A DNA stretch of 64,000 nt, from contig CM075996.1 in NCBI GenBank assembly GCA_038087875.1, forward strand, positions 1,738,001-1,802,000. The letters run 5' to 3'. A program made the position numbers and the translations under genes. Below the pieces are notes generated by a model that did not search any database, was not told the DNA's origin, and worked only from the letters and a program-made list of their open reading frames with translations. Positions 36,734 through 49,415 of the stretch are shown piece after piece; positions within the stretch are counted from its first letter, which is position 1; each line of letters begins with the position of its first letter. Source of the DNA: Malacoraja senta. Taxonomy: Eukaryota.

Positions 36734-36933
36734 NNNNNNNNNNNNNNNNNNNNNNNNNNNNNNNNNNNNNNNNNNNNNNNNNNNNNNNNNNNNNNNNNNN
36801 NNNNNNNNNNNNNNNNNNNNNNNNNNNNNNNNNNNNNNNNNNNNNNNNNNNNNNNNNNNNNNNNNNNNNNNNNNNNNNNNNNNNNNNNNNNNNNNNNNNN
36901 NNNNNNNNNNNNNNNNNNNNNNNNNNNNNNNNN
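36734..36933. other. Assembly gap (200 N)
   Basis: Run of n characters. Confidence 0.99.
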
Positions 36934-37054
36934 CCCGCTGAGTTACTCCAGCACTTGGTTTTTGTTTTGTTAACTCTTAATTTTATTCGCTTTGGAAATG
37001 AATGTTGCTGGCGATGCCAAGATTTATGGCCCGGTCCCTAATAGTTCCAGAACT

Positions 37055-37345
37055 GGCAGCACGGTGGCACAGCAGGTAGAGCTGCTGCCTCACAGCGCCA
37101 GAGACCCGGGTTCGATCCCGACTATGGGTGCTGTCTGTATGGAGTTTGCACGTTCCCCCTGTGGTTTTCTCCGGGTGCTCCGGTTTCAACCCACACTCCA
37201 AAGATGTACAGGTTTGAAAGTTAATTGACTTCTATAAATTGTAAATCGTCCTGGGTGTGAGTCGGATAGTGCTAGTGTACGGGATGGTCGCTGGTCGGCG
37301 GGCCGAAGGGCCTGTTTCCGCGCTGTATCTCTAAAGTTTAAAGTC
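37055..37345 (+). mobile_element. V-SINE (HE1-like)
   Basis: ggcacggtggcacagc A-box and gggttcgatccc B-box head, V-domain and tail. Confidence 0.85.
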
Positions 37346-37624
37346 TAACTGAGGTGGATTCTGGAATTCATTGCCACAGAGGGCTGTGGAGACCAAGTTA
37401 ATGGGTATTTTTAAGGCAGAGTGAGATAGATTCTTGATTAGTGCGGGTGTCAGGGGTTATGGGAGAAGACAGGAGAATGGGGTTAGGATGGAGAGATAGA
37501 TCAGCCATGATTGAATGGCGGAGTAGACGTGATGGGCCGAATGGCCTAATTCTGCTCCTATCACTTGTGAACAACCAGATGGGTGAGTGGCAGTCGTGTC
37601 TTGGCCACTGTGAGCATGGATGGC

Positions 37625-37790
37625 AGGTTTAGTTCCTGGAAGGACATTAGTTATCCAGATGGGCTTTTACAAGCATCCAATAGCTTCATGATCACCATCG
37701 CAGACATTAACGTGATTCTAGATTTATTTAATCATTTGAATGCAAACTCCCCAGCTGCCGTGTTGAGCTTCAAGAACCTCTTGGGATCCA
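37625..37790 (-). mobile_element. Ancient decayed tRNA-SINE relic (related copy on + strand ~33760-33925)
   Basis: aaggacattag..ccagatggg.ttttac...tcacc...ccagctgccgtg motif; similar sequence in the opposite orientation near 33.8 kb. Confidence 0.4.
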
Positions 37791-39398
37791 GAGCTGTGAA
37801 TGGTACTGCAGTAAATACGTGTCCACATTACCATAACCCGAACTGTCACAGAGTCACAGAGGACAAAAACTCATCCATGCCGATTTATGGAATTCCCTGC
37901 CACAGAGGGCAGTGGAGGCCAAGTCACTGGATGGATTCAAGAGAGAGTTAGATAGAGCTCTAGGGGCTAGTGGAGTCAAGGGATATGGGGAGAAGGCAGG
38001 CACGGGTTATTGATAGGGGACGATCAGCCATGATCACAATGAATGGCGGTGCTGGCTCGAAGGGCCGAATGGCCTCCTCCAGCACCTATTTTCTATGTTT
38101 CTATGTTTCTATGCCAATCGACATGCCCCATCTCGGCCAGTCCCCCCTGCCTTCATTTGACCCATATTTCTCTAAATCTTTCTTTACTTCAGATTTCAGA
38201 GATACAGCGCGGAAACAGGCCCTTCGGCCCACCGAGACCCCGCCGACCAGCGCGACCCCCCCCCCCATACACTAGCACCATCCTACACACTAAGGGACAA
38301 TTTACAATTTACAATTTTACTGAAACCAAACAACATGTACGTTTTTGGAGTGTGGGAGGAAACCGGAGCACCCGGAGAAAACCCACGCGCTCACAGAGGG
38401 AACGTACAAACTCCGCACAGACAGCCCCTGTAGTCAGGATCGAACCCGGGACTCTGGCGCTGTGAAGCAGCAGTTCTACCCGCTGCGCTACCGTGACGTT
38501 CCTTTAAACTTTGCCCCTCTCGCCTTAAAGCTATTCCCTCTAGTCTGGGAATAGAGGTTCTGACTGTCCAATCTTAGCAAGAGAGCAAAGTACATGAAGG
38601 TGGAGAATCTGAATATGACAAACATTTTATTGGAGGAGTGTGGAATTATTGTAAATAATGATGCTGTCGTAAGAAATATGTGCTATGTACTTCCATCCCA
38701 AAGATGCTTTCATATCAAATGGAATTTCAATCAAAGTCCCTCTAGTCTTTGACAATTCCATCCTAGGGAAATGGTTTTGACTGCCTAATATTATCAAGAG
38801 GGTTTAAGTTTAAGAATAAGGAGTAAGCCATTTAGAACGGAGACGAGGAAACACTTTTTCTCACAGAGAGTGGCGAGTCTGTGGAATTCTCTGCCTCAGA
38901 GGGCGGTGGAGTTAATGGGTATTTTTAAGGCAGAGATAGATAGATTCTTGATTAGTGCGGGGTTCTCTGGATACTTTCAAGAGAGAGCTAGATAGGGCTC
39001 TTAAAAATAGCGGAGTCAGGGGGGATATGGGGAGAAGGCAGGAACGGGGTACTGATTGGGGATGATCAGCCATGATCGCATCGAATGGCGGTGCTGGCTC
39101 GAAGGGCTGAATGGCCTCCTCCTGCACCTATTGTCTATTGCCCAAGAGAGGAAAGTACTATGTGAGATCAACATTTGGAGCTGACAGGGACTGGAGGCAA
39201 TAGATGGTTTATTTTCCCCTGCTTCACTGGACATGTTTTTTTGGAGGTGGGGGGGTGGGATTGACACAGTGAGGTGACAGCTCCACGGGAACTGACAGGT
39301 CAGCCTTTCACCTGGGCTCCACACGCTTGGCAAGATCAGAACCCGACAATCATGTCAAATACATTTCAGGACGACCTTCCACTGAGAGCAGAGAGGGC

Positions 39399-39548
39399 CC
39401 TTCTTCTTCTTCTTCTTCTTGCGTGTGGCGTGCACAGCCTAAAGTTGTAGGACAACTTGTTCTGTTTGATCGTGCACGCCTCGTTGATTGCATTCGTCGA
39501 AACAGGGCGGACCAGGTGAAGGTTGCAATCTCCCCCCCCCCCCCCCCC
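39399..39548 (-). mobile_element. ~150-bp non-autonomous retroposon (Vingi/Ingi-like): 5' HDV-like ribozyme, hairpin and (GAA)n tail
   Basis: (ttc)n at 39400-39420; flanking direct repeats agcag(ag)agggc at 39387-39398 and 39549-39558; highly structured interior. Confidence 0.7.
39486..39538 (-). ncRNA. Minimal HDV-like self-cleaving ribozyme fold
   Basis: P1 GGGGGGG/CCGCCCU (G1-U wobble, one mismatch), J1/2 A, P2 GAUUGCA/UGCAAUC, P3 ACC/GGU, L3 UUCACCU, P1.1 G, mini-P4 U-UUCG-A, J4/2 CGAA, all in the correct order. Confidence 0.75.
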
Positions 39549-40274
39549 AGCAGAGGGCTGAGGTTGTGTCAATGGTGTTGTTAATCCTCCTGCACCATCC
39601 TGTTTGCTTTTGTAAGTTCAGCATGTTTACCACCACCAGTTGGGCGACACATTTTATCCACTGCCGTATTGCCGGGTGGCAGCAATGCGCAGCGGAAGAG
39701 TTGCTGCCTCACACCGCCAGAGACCCGGGTTCCATCCTGACCAAATGCTGCTGTCTGTGCGGAGTTTGCAAGTTATTCCCTGCGGCTGCGTGGATTTTCT
39801 CCGGGAGCCCTGGTTACTCTCCCCACCCCAAAAAGACGTACAGGTTTGTAGGTTAATTGGCTTTGGTAAAAGTGTGCAGGCAGTGGATGAGAAAGTGGAT
39901 AAGATAGAACTGGTGTGAGTGGGTGATGGAAGGTCGGTGCGGTCTCGATGGGCCGAAGGGCCAATTTCCATGATGTATCTATAGAACTAATCTCAAGCTG
40001 AGCATCTATTCTATCTAGGCTCCTGGGGGGGCGGAAGAGGCAGATATGATTGTGGCATTCAAGAGACATTTGCATTGGAACGTAGATATGAAGGGAATGG
40101 AGGGATATTGGATCACGTGCAGGTTGACTTGTCATCAGGATGGGTATGGACATTGTGGGCCGAAGGGCCTGTTCCTGTGCTGTCCTGTTCTATGGTCTGA
40201 TGTAGCTCCATGGGCTTTGAGGTATTGGAGGGATCTACACGTTGTGACATTTACTCTAGTGGGGAGTTAGACTT

Positions 40275-40623
40275 CTTCTCCTTCTTCTGTCGTGTGTCTT
40301 TAGACCTGCAGCTCCGTTGAGGCGAGCCAGGCCAACGTGTCATCGTCCAGGTCAATCAGACCTGGTTGACCATTCGGTGGCCGGTGTTTGGGGCAACTGG
40401 TGACTATGTGTGGGCTCCACTGTCCTGTGTTGGGTCCCCACACCCGCAGGAGGCACTCGCTGTCCACGAGGCCCCACCTCTTCATCGCTACTCCATAGCG
40501 TCCGATGCCTGTCCTCAAGCGGTTGAGGGTTGTCCACTGCTTTCGGGGCAGGTCCTGGCCAGGGACGTCCATGGGGTCATCGATGTACTGGTGTAGCCTA
40601 GATGGTTCCGCTGACTTCCACTG
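40275..40623 (-). mobile_element. 5'-truncated Vingi/Ingi-like LINE 3' end
   Basis: PGQDLPRKQWTTLNRLRTGIGRYG..WGL..C.CG..HIVTSCP (frameshifted CCHC), (GAA)n tail, TSD gttagactt (40266-40274, 40624-40632). Clade assignment from memory. Confidence 0.65.
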
Positions 40624-41539
40624 GTTAGACTTGATGGCGGGGTAGACTTAATGGGCCAAATGACCGAATTCTGCTCCTATAACTTACACGAACATGGTAG
40701 GATTAGTCGGGATCTGCTTCGATGTGGCACGTTGGTGGTTAACTGGTTGGCTTCAAGCAGTGCAGTTGATGTTCCTTTGATGAAATGGTTGTAAAATTAA
40801 ATCTCACTTCAATGGTTGCATCACCCGCGAGATTCCGGGCTCCTCATCAGATGCCCGAGGAGGCAATCAGCGAGTACATTGTTCGTCCGGGGCGCGTAGC
40901 AGGAGCTGGCAATTTGGGGAAGAGTCTCGGGGCAGATTAGTGTAGGGTGAGCTGATGAGTGAATGCGGACCCAGTTGGACAGACGCTGCATGTGAAAGGG
41001 GAGAGCGAGGTTGCCATTGTGATGGGAATGGCGGTGAGTAATGTGAGAGGGGTTTTGGTCAGCACCTTCGCTTAAGGAGGACCATTCAGTAATCTGTTCA
41101 CAGCGGGGAAGAGGCTGTTCTTTGGTCTGGTGGCGTCAGCACTTTCAAGCTTCCGTATCTTCTGCCCGACGGGAGAGGGGAATGACCGTGGTGAGATTTG
41201 TCCTTGATTATGTTGGCTGCTTTCCCGAGGCAGTGTGAAGAGTAAATGGAGTTGAAGGCGGGTTACGATTTAGGTTTATTACTGTCAGCTGTACCATGAA
41301 ACGCGTTGTTTTGCATGCTACCCAATCAGATCAAACATACCAATCAAATCAATCAATCAATTAATCAAATCAATCAGTTTTATTCGTCACATTGCACATA
41401 AATTGCAAGTGAAATGAATTTGCCAGCAGCGGTACAATGATAAAGAACACACAAGAACACAATAAAAATTTAACATAAACAACCACCACAGCATTCATCA
41501 CTGTGGTGGAAGGCACAACATTTTGGCCAGTCCTCCTCC

Positions 41540-41830
41540 ATTTTCCCCCGTGGTCGGGACCTCAACTAAACATAAATACAATCGGTTGAAACTCAAGTCC
41601 AACAGGTGGAGCAAAGGGGAAGATACAGAGTGCAGGATATAGTTCTCGGCATTGTAGCGCATCAGTTCCAGAGACAAAGTCCAATGTCCGCAATGGGGTA
41701 GAGGTGAATCGGACAATACCCAGGCTTATGGAAGGGCCATTCAGAAGCCTGATAACAGAGGGGAAGAAGCTGTTCCTGAGTCTGGTGGTTTCAAGCTTCT
41801 GTACCTTCTGCTCAATGGGAGCAGTGAGAA
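41540..41830 (-). mobile_element. Rex1/Babar-like LINE 3' fragment
   Basis: TTRLRNSFFPSVIRLLNGP C-terminus. Confidence 0.6.
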
Positions 41831-42542
41831 GAAGGAATATACAATAGACAATAGGTGCAGGAGTAGGCCATTTGGCCCTTCGAGCCAGCACCACCATTCA
41901 ATGTGATCATGGCTGATCATCCCCAATCAGTGCTCCGTTCCTGCCTTCTCCCTATATCCCCTGACTCCGCTATTTTTAAGGGCCCTATCTGGCTCTATCT
42001 CGAAAGCATCCGGAGAACCTGCCTCCACTGAGGCAGAGAATTCCACAGACTCAACACTCTCTGTGAGAAAAAGTGTTTCCTCGTCTCCGTTCTAAATGGC
42101 TTACCCCTTATTCTTAAACTGTGGTCCCCTGGTTCTAGAACGACCGGGGTGGGACAGGGACAAGTCTTTGATGATGTCGGCTGCATTGCCGAGGCAGCGT
42201 GAAGTGTAGATGGAGTCAATGGTGGGGAGTGTGGTCTGTGTGATGGACTGGGCCACATCCACAACCCTCTGCTGATGTTATAGGACCCGTGTGTTTCTCC
42301 GTTTCAGCTCCTGTGCTGAGATAGGCTGGGCCTACAGAGAATTAGTGTGAAAGGGCAATGGATGGTCAGCGTGGAGTCGATGGGCTGATGGACCTGTTTC
42401 CATACTGTATCTATAACCTAAACTAGACTAAATTGTGAGGGCACGGTGATAGAAAGTGGTAGAAGGTAACTGGCAAGGAATCTAGAAGCATAGAAACAGG
42501 CCCTTCGGCCCATCGATCACCCATTCACACTAGTTCTATGTT

Positions 42543-42850
42543 GACAAGGGGTCACAGCTTAAGGATAAGGGGGAAATCCTTTAAGACCGAGATGAGGAAA
42601 AACTTTTTCACACAGAGAGTGGTGAATCTCTGGAACTCTCTGCCACAGAAGGTAGTTGAGGCCAGTTCATTGGCTATATTTAAGAGGGAGTTAGATGTGG
42701 CCCTTGTGGCTAAAGGGATCAGGGGGTATGGAGAGAAGGCAGGTACGGGATACTGAGTTGGATGATCAGCCATGATCATATTGAATGGCGGTGCAGGCTC
42801 GAAGGGCCGAATGGCCTACTCCTGCACCTATTTTCTATGTTTCTATGTTT
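42543..42850 (+). mobile_element. CR1 3' fragment
   Basis: TRGHSLRIRGKSFKTEMRKNFFTQRVVNLWNSLP followed by the tail. Confidence 0.85.
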
Positions 42851-43679
42851 CTATCCCCTCCCTGGACACTAGAGACACTTCACCAAAACAAATTAACCTA
42901 CAAACCCGCGAGTCCTTGGAATGTAGGAGGAAACTGGAGAACCCGGAGGTCACGGGGAGAACGTGAAAACTACACACACATACACACACTAACGGAGTTA
43001 GTTTAGAGATACAGCGTGGAAACAGCCCCTTTGGCCCACCGGGCAACATTATTTCAAGAACAATTAACCTACATACCTGTGTGCACGTCTTTGGAGTGTG
43101 GGGAGGAAACCGAAGAACTCGGAGAAAATCCACGCAGGTCACGGGGAGAAGGTACAAACTCCGTCCAGACAAGCGCCCGTAGTCGGGATCGAACCCGGGT
43201 CTCTGGCGCTGTGAGGCAGCAACTCTACCGCTGCGCCGCCTGTGCTGATATACGGAGGGGGAGGATTTGAGGGGAGGGGGCAGGGGCTAGGCAGATATAA
43301 ATTGGGGCTTGGAGCCCTGCGGGGAAAATAAAATCTACACCAAAGAGTAATTGGTGTTCTTTTAACTTTTAATAAATCCTCCTTCCTTATCACAGTAAGA
43401 TCCGAGTCGTAATTAATTCTGTGGGATCAGCAGTCTAATTTTTTTTTTATTTAAAAAAAAAAAAGCTCTTCAGGAATAGGGCGCTCTCCCAAACAAAATT
43501 ACACTTTCAGGGTGATAATTAGAAGAGATAAAGGTGTTCGTACAATTAATTAAAAAAGGAAGTAGTTTCAGCCTTAAAGGGGAAGGACGGTAGCTCCGGC
43601 TGCCTTTGTCTCCATGCACCATAATGAAGATTGATGTGTAGAACCTCTTCATTCATATCATTGATATCAGGCACATATC

Positions 43680-43975
43680 ACGGTGGCGCAGCGGGTAGAG
43701 CTGCTGCCTCACAGCGCCAGAGACCCGGGTTCCATCCCGACTACGGGTGCCGTCTGTACGGAGTTTGTACCTTCTCCCCGTGACCTGCGTGGGTTTTCTT
43801 CGGGTGCTCTAGTTTCCTGCCACCATCCAAAGAATGTGCAGGTTTGTGGGATAATTGGCTTCGGTAAAATTGTAAATTGCCCCTAGTGTGTGTAGGATAG
43901 TGCTGGTGTGTAGGGATTGGCGGTCGGCGCGGACTCGGTGGGCCGAAGGGCCTGTTTCCACGCTGTATGACTCTG
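43680..43975 (+). mobile_element. V-SINE (HE1-like)
   Basis: Head, V-domain and tail present. Confidence 0.85.
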
Positions 43976-44059
43976 TCTCTTTGTCTCCATGACTGAATCT
44001 GTGACTCTATGACTCTATGACTCCATGTGTCTCTGTGCCCCTGTGTCTCTGTGAATCTG

Positions 44060-44685
44060 TGACTCCCTGTCTCTCTCTCTCTCTGTGTCTCTCTCTCTCT
44101 CTGTCTCTCTCTCTCTGTGTCTCTCTCTCTGTGTCTCTCTCTCTCTGTGTCTCTCTCTCTCTTGTGTCTCTCTCTCTCTCTGTCTCTCTCTCTCTGTGTC
44201 TCTCTCTCTGTGTCTCTCTCTCTGTGTCTCTCTCTCTCTGTGTCTCTGTGTGTCTCTCTCTCTCTGTGTGTCTCTCTCTCTCTGTGTGTCTCTCTCTCTC
44301 TCTGTGTGTCTCTCTCTCTCTGTGTGTGTCTCTCTCTCTCTGTGTCTCTCTCTCTCTGTGTCTCTCTCTCTCTGTCTCTCTCTCTCTGTGTCTCTCTCTC
44401 TGTGTCTCTCTCTCTGTGTCTCTCTCTCTGTGTGTCTCTCTCTCTGTGTGTCTCCATCTCCGTGTCTCTCTCTCTGTGTCTCTCTCTCTCTGCGTATTCT
44501 CTCTCTGTGTGTCTCTCTCTCTGCGTATTCTCTCTCTGTGTATTCTCTCTCTGTGTATTCTCTCCCTGTGACTCCGTGTCTCCCTGTGTCTCTCTCTGTG
44601 TCTCTCTCTCTCTCTGTGTCTCTCTGTGTGTCTCTCCCTGTGTCTCTGTGACTCCATGTGTCTTTGTGTCTCTGTGTCTCTGTGA
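44060..44685. repeat. Complex (TC)n/(TG)n microsatellite
   Basis: Directly visible. Confidence 0.95.
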
Positions 44686-45244
44686 CTTTTCCTTTAAGCA
44701 GGCCTCAGTGCAGGTGCATCAGAGGGACATCATTCACCCGCATGGTGTGTACCAGATATGTCACTGATCCCTTTGTGACTCACAGTTCGGAGGCTGCTAC
44801 TAGCCAAAAATATCCCAAATGTCACAGCCTTTTCTTTAAAAAAAAATAATTCTGCAAATTGTAAAATCTATTTTTGCAGTTGGGTTTAAAAAAAACCCAG
44901 CATCCATTATGGTAGACATCAAAGTAAGATGTTGGCAATCTTGCAACAAATCATGCCAGATTTACCCAGAGACGGCACTGTGGTGCAGCGGTAGAGTCGC
45001 TGTCTCACAGCGCTAGAGTCCTGGGTTCGATCCTGCCCACGGGTGCTGTCTGTACGGAGTTTGTACGTTCTCCCCGTGACCGCGTGGGTTTACTCCGAGA
45101 TCTTCGGTTTCCTCCCACACTCCAAAGACGTACAGGTTTGTAGGTTGATTGGCTTGGTAAATGTAAATTGTCCCTAGTGTGTGTAGGATAGTGTTAGAGT
45201 GTAAACTAACCAAACCATTGGCTCTCAATCTGAAGAGGTAGGAC

Positions 45245-45500
45245 CCTATCCATGTTGTCCACAGATGCTGCCTGACCCGCTGAGTTACTCCAGCACTCTG
45301 TGAAACGTCACCTATCCATGTTCTCCACAGATGCTGCCTGACCCGCTGAGTTACTCCAGCACTCTGTGAAACGTCACCTATCCATGTTCTCCACAGATGC
45401 TGCCTGACCCGCTGAGTTACTCCAGCACTCTGTGAAACGTCACCTATCCATGTTCTCCACAGATGCTGCCTGACCCGCTGAGTTACTCCAGCACTCTGTG
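45245..45500 (+). repeat. Four-unit 66-bp tandem array (Penelope-terminus derived)
   Basis: gaaacgtc recurs at 45302, 45368 and 45434. Confidence 0.9.
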
Positions 45501-46794
45501 TCTTGCCCAAGTAACAAGCTCTGGCTCGACTTGAAAGGAGCCTGCAGGTTTATTGATGCCCTCAGGCCTTTTGTATTCCCCTGGTCTCTCCTTCCCAGTC
45601 GCACCATGTTTGCCCATGGGCTGGGAAGGAGAGGAAGAGCAGCAGGATATTCCTCCCAGGATCTGAATCCTAGGATATTCCTCCTAGGATCTAAGGCCAA
45701 CCTGTTATAGACTTAACTTTAGTTCAGTCTAGTTTATTGTCACATGTACCGAGGTACAGTGAAAAGCTTTTGTTGCGTGCTAACCAGTCAGCGGAAAGAC
45801 AATACATGATTACAATCGAGCCGTTTACAGTGTACAGATACATGATAAAGGGATTAAAGTGAATAACTGGAGATAGACACAAAATGCTGGAGTAACTCAG
45901 AGGGACAGGCAGCATCTCTGGAGAGAAGGAGTGGGTGACGTTTTGGGTCAAGACCATTGGCCAATCCCAATGTCTCCACACCGGTTTCATACGTTCATAA
46001 GACAGTGGAGCAGAATTAGGCCATTCAGCCCATCGAGTCACCTCTGTCATTCAATCATGAAGAGTCTATCTCTCCCTCCCGACCCCATTTTCCTGCCTTC
46101 TTTCCATAACACCTGACACTAGTACTGATCAAGAACCTGTGAACAGTCCCAAAGTGCTGGAGTAACTCAGCGGGTCAGGCAGCTTCTCTGGAGAACATGG
46201 ATTGGTGACGTTTTGGGTCTTCAGACCCGAAACCTCACCTATTCCTTTTCTCCAGAGATGCTGCCTGACCCGTTGAGTTACTCCAGCACTTTGTGTCTAC
46301 CTTCGGTATAAACCAGCATCTGCAGTTCCTTCCTACACAAGAACCTTCAATCTCTGCTGTAAAAATACTCCAATGACTTGGCCTTCACCACTGTCTGTGG
46401 CAAAGAATTCCACAGATTCACCACCCTCTGGCTAAAGAAATTCCTCCTCATCTTCTTAGCTGCCAGAGGAGGTAGTTGAGGCAGGTACTATTGTAACAGT
46501 TAGACAGGTACATGGATGGGACAGGTTTAGAGGGATATGGGCCAAACGCAGGCAGGGGGGTCTAGTGCAGATGGGACATGTTGGTCGGTGTGGGCAAGTT
46601 GGGCCGAAGGGCCTGTTTCCACGCAGTGTGACTCTATGACTCCTTTCTAAAGGTACTATTAATATACCGTAGAAACCATCTAATCCTCACTGTTCCCTCC
46701 ACACCTGCACCAGCACCCACACACTGCTCTGTGCGTGTTAGGACCATTACGAACTACAAGTAGCTCCTGGCGAATGGCCTTCCACCTCGGTATC

Positions 46795-47092
46795 ATGGTG
46801 GCGCAGTGGGTAGAGCAGCTGCCTCTCAGCACCAGAGACCTGGGTTCGATCCTGACTGCGGGTGCTGTCTGTACGGAGTTTGCACGTTCTCCCCGTGACC
46901 TGCGTGGGTTTTCTCCGGGATCTCTGGTTTCCTCCCACACTCCAAAGACGTGCAGGTTTGTAGGTTAACTGGCTTGGTGTGTGTGTAAATTGTCCTCGGT
47001 GTGTGGAGGATAGTGTAAGTGTGTGGGGATCGCTGGCTGGGCGTGGACTCGGTGGGCTGAAGGGCCTGTGTCTGTGCTATATCTCTAAACTA
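46795..47092 (+). mobile_element. V-SINE (HE1-like)
   Basis: Head, V-domain and tail present. Confidence 0.85.
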
Positions 47093-48439
47093 AGCAAAAA
47101 CAACTAAACTCTGGCACTTTGTGGACTTTCCACTTATCACTTGCCAGGCTGCGCTGTCTCCTCTCCTCTCCATTCCAACTTTTTTCCCTGACTCCATCAG
47201 TCCGCTGAAGGTCCCCGACCCCAAAACATCGCCTGCCCATTCCCTCCACGGATGCAGCCTGACCCGCGGAGTTCCTCCAGCGCTTTGTGTCTTGCTCAAG
47301 ATGCCAGCGCCTGCAGTCTATGGTCCGAAGGGCCAGTTTCCGCGCTTTGTCTCTAAACTAATCTAAACCCCCCACCTGGCACCTCTCCCGTCCGCAGGCA
47401 AGACAGCTCCATGTGTCCGGGGCCATGTGCGTAGGTGGCTTCCATAGCTCAGGCACTGTGCCAAGCTGTTGCAGAAGTGACTTATTAGCACCTCGTCACC
47501 AAATCCCCACCAAGACCCCCCCCTCCCCCCCCTCCCCCCCCAACTCACTCCTTTGGGTGTAATTAGTGTGAAATATTAATTGGTGTGAGGCTGCTTGAGA
47601 AGGTCCATCTGCTCGAAAAAACTGTCTCACGTACGTTCCCTCAATCCATTCTGGATCTCTGCACCTCCTGGTCCCTCCCTTCTCCTCGCCCATCTACCAC
47701 ATCAAACATCCAGAACCTTCCATTCCACCGTCTCTTTATAATTGAAGCCTGCAAGATCACATCCAGGTCTTAGAGTCATAGAGTGATACAGCGTGGAAAC
47801 AGGCCCTTCAGCCCAACTTGCCCGCACCGGCCAACATGTCCCAGCTACACAGGTCCCACCTGCCTGTGTTTGTCCCATATCCCTCTAAACCTGTCCTATC
47901 CATGTACCCAAAAATGCTGGAGAAACTCAGCGGGTGCAGCAGCATCTATGGAGCGATGGAAATAGGCAACGTTTTGGGCCGAAACCCTTCTTCAGACTCT
48001 TGTCTGACTATTTCTTAAATGTCACCTATTCCTTCGCTCCATAGATGCTGCCTCATCCGCTAAGTTTCTCCAGCATTTTTGTCTACCTTCGAGGGAACTA
48101 CAGGTGCTGGTTTAAACCAAAGATAGACACAAAATGCTGGAGTAACTCAGTGGGACAGGCATCATCTCTGGAGAGAGGGAATGGGTGATGTTTCATGTCG
48201 AGACCCTTCTTCAGACCTCCGGCAGCTTGTTCCATGCACCCAACACCCTTTGTGTGAAAAAGTTGCCCCTTAGATTCCTATTACATCTTTTCCCCTTCAC
48301 CTTAAACCTAAGTCTTCTTATATAACGCATGGATAATTGATGTTTTGTGTATTGTCTATGTGGCTGTGAAATTCTGCAAGCAAGACCTCCATTCTAACTG
48401 TATCACACCTTGTGACAATAAAGTCCACTTGATTTGATA

Positions 48440-49072
48440 TCATAAGGTCATAAGTGATAGAAGCAGTATTAGGCCATTTGGCTCATCATGTCTACTCCGC
48501 CATTCAATCATGGCTGATCTATCTCTCCCTCCTTAACCCCATTCTACTACCTTCTCCCCATAACCCCTGACACCCATACTAATCAAGAATCTATCTATCT
48601 CTGCCTTAAAAATATCCATAGACTTGTGGCCTCCACAGCTGTCTGTGGCAATGAATTCTCCAGATTCACCACCCTCTGACTGAAGAAATTCCTCCTCATC
48701 TCCTTCCTTAAAGAACGTCCTTTAATTCTGAGCCTATGGCCTCTAATCCTAGACTCTCCCACTAATCCTAATGGGAGACAGTGTTAATTTATGTAAATGT
48801 GAATCCATGGGCGGGTTTGGGGAGGGAGGGAGTGTAAAAAGTATGAGTATGTGAATGTTTGAAGTTCTTTTAAATGGAGAGACACAGTAATCTCGTTGTA
48901 TGTGACACATGCAATGACAATAAAGCATTCTGATTCTGATTCTGATTCTGAATCCTTTCCACATCCACTCTATCCAGGCCTTTCACTATTCTGTAAGTTT
49001 CAATGAGGTCTTCCCCTCATCCTTCTAAACTCCAGCGAGTACAGGCCCAGTGCTGACAAGTGCTCATCATAT
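48440..49072 (-). mobile_element. CR1 3' fragment with an internal insertion (~48765-48950)
   Basis: Reverse-strand CR1 tail and ORF2 remnant interrupted by an insert ending gacaataaa(gattct)n. Confidence 0.7.
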
Positions 49073-49122
49073 GTTAAGCACCAATGAGATACCACCACTG
49101 GTGAAGTGACAGATATCACTAG

Positions 49123-49415
49123 TGGGCGGCACGGTGCTGCAGCGGTAGAGTTGCTGCCTTATACAGCGCTTGCAGCTCCGGAGATCCGGGTTCGATCCCG
49201 ACTACGGGTGCCGTCTATACGTTCACCACATGACCTGCGTGGGTTTTCTCCGAGATCTTCGGTTTCCTCCCACACTCCAAAGACGTGGAGGTTTGTAGGT
49301 TAATTGAGTTGGTAAATGTACAAACTGTCCCTAGTGTGTGTAGGATGGTGTTAATATGCGGGGGTTGCTGGTCGGCGCGGACCCGTTGGGCCCCATCTCT
49401 AAACTAAACTAAATT
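49123..49415 (+). mobile_element. V-SINE (HE1-like)
   Basis: Head, V-domain and tail present. Confidence 0.8.

Noticed and set aside
37055..37130. tRNA genes suggested by A/B boxes (many copies)
   Set aside because: They are SINE heads continuing into V-domain and LINE-like tails; no complete cloverleaf.
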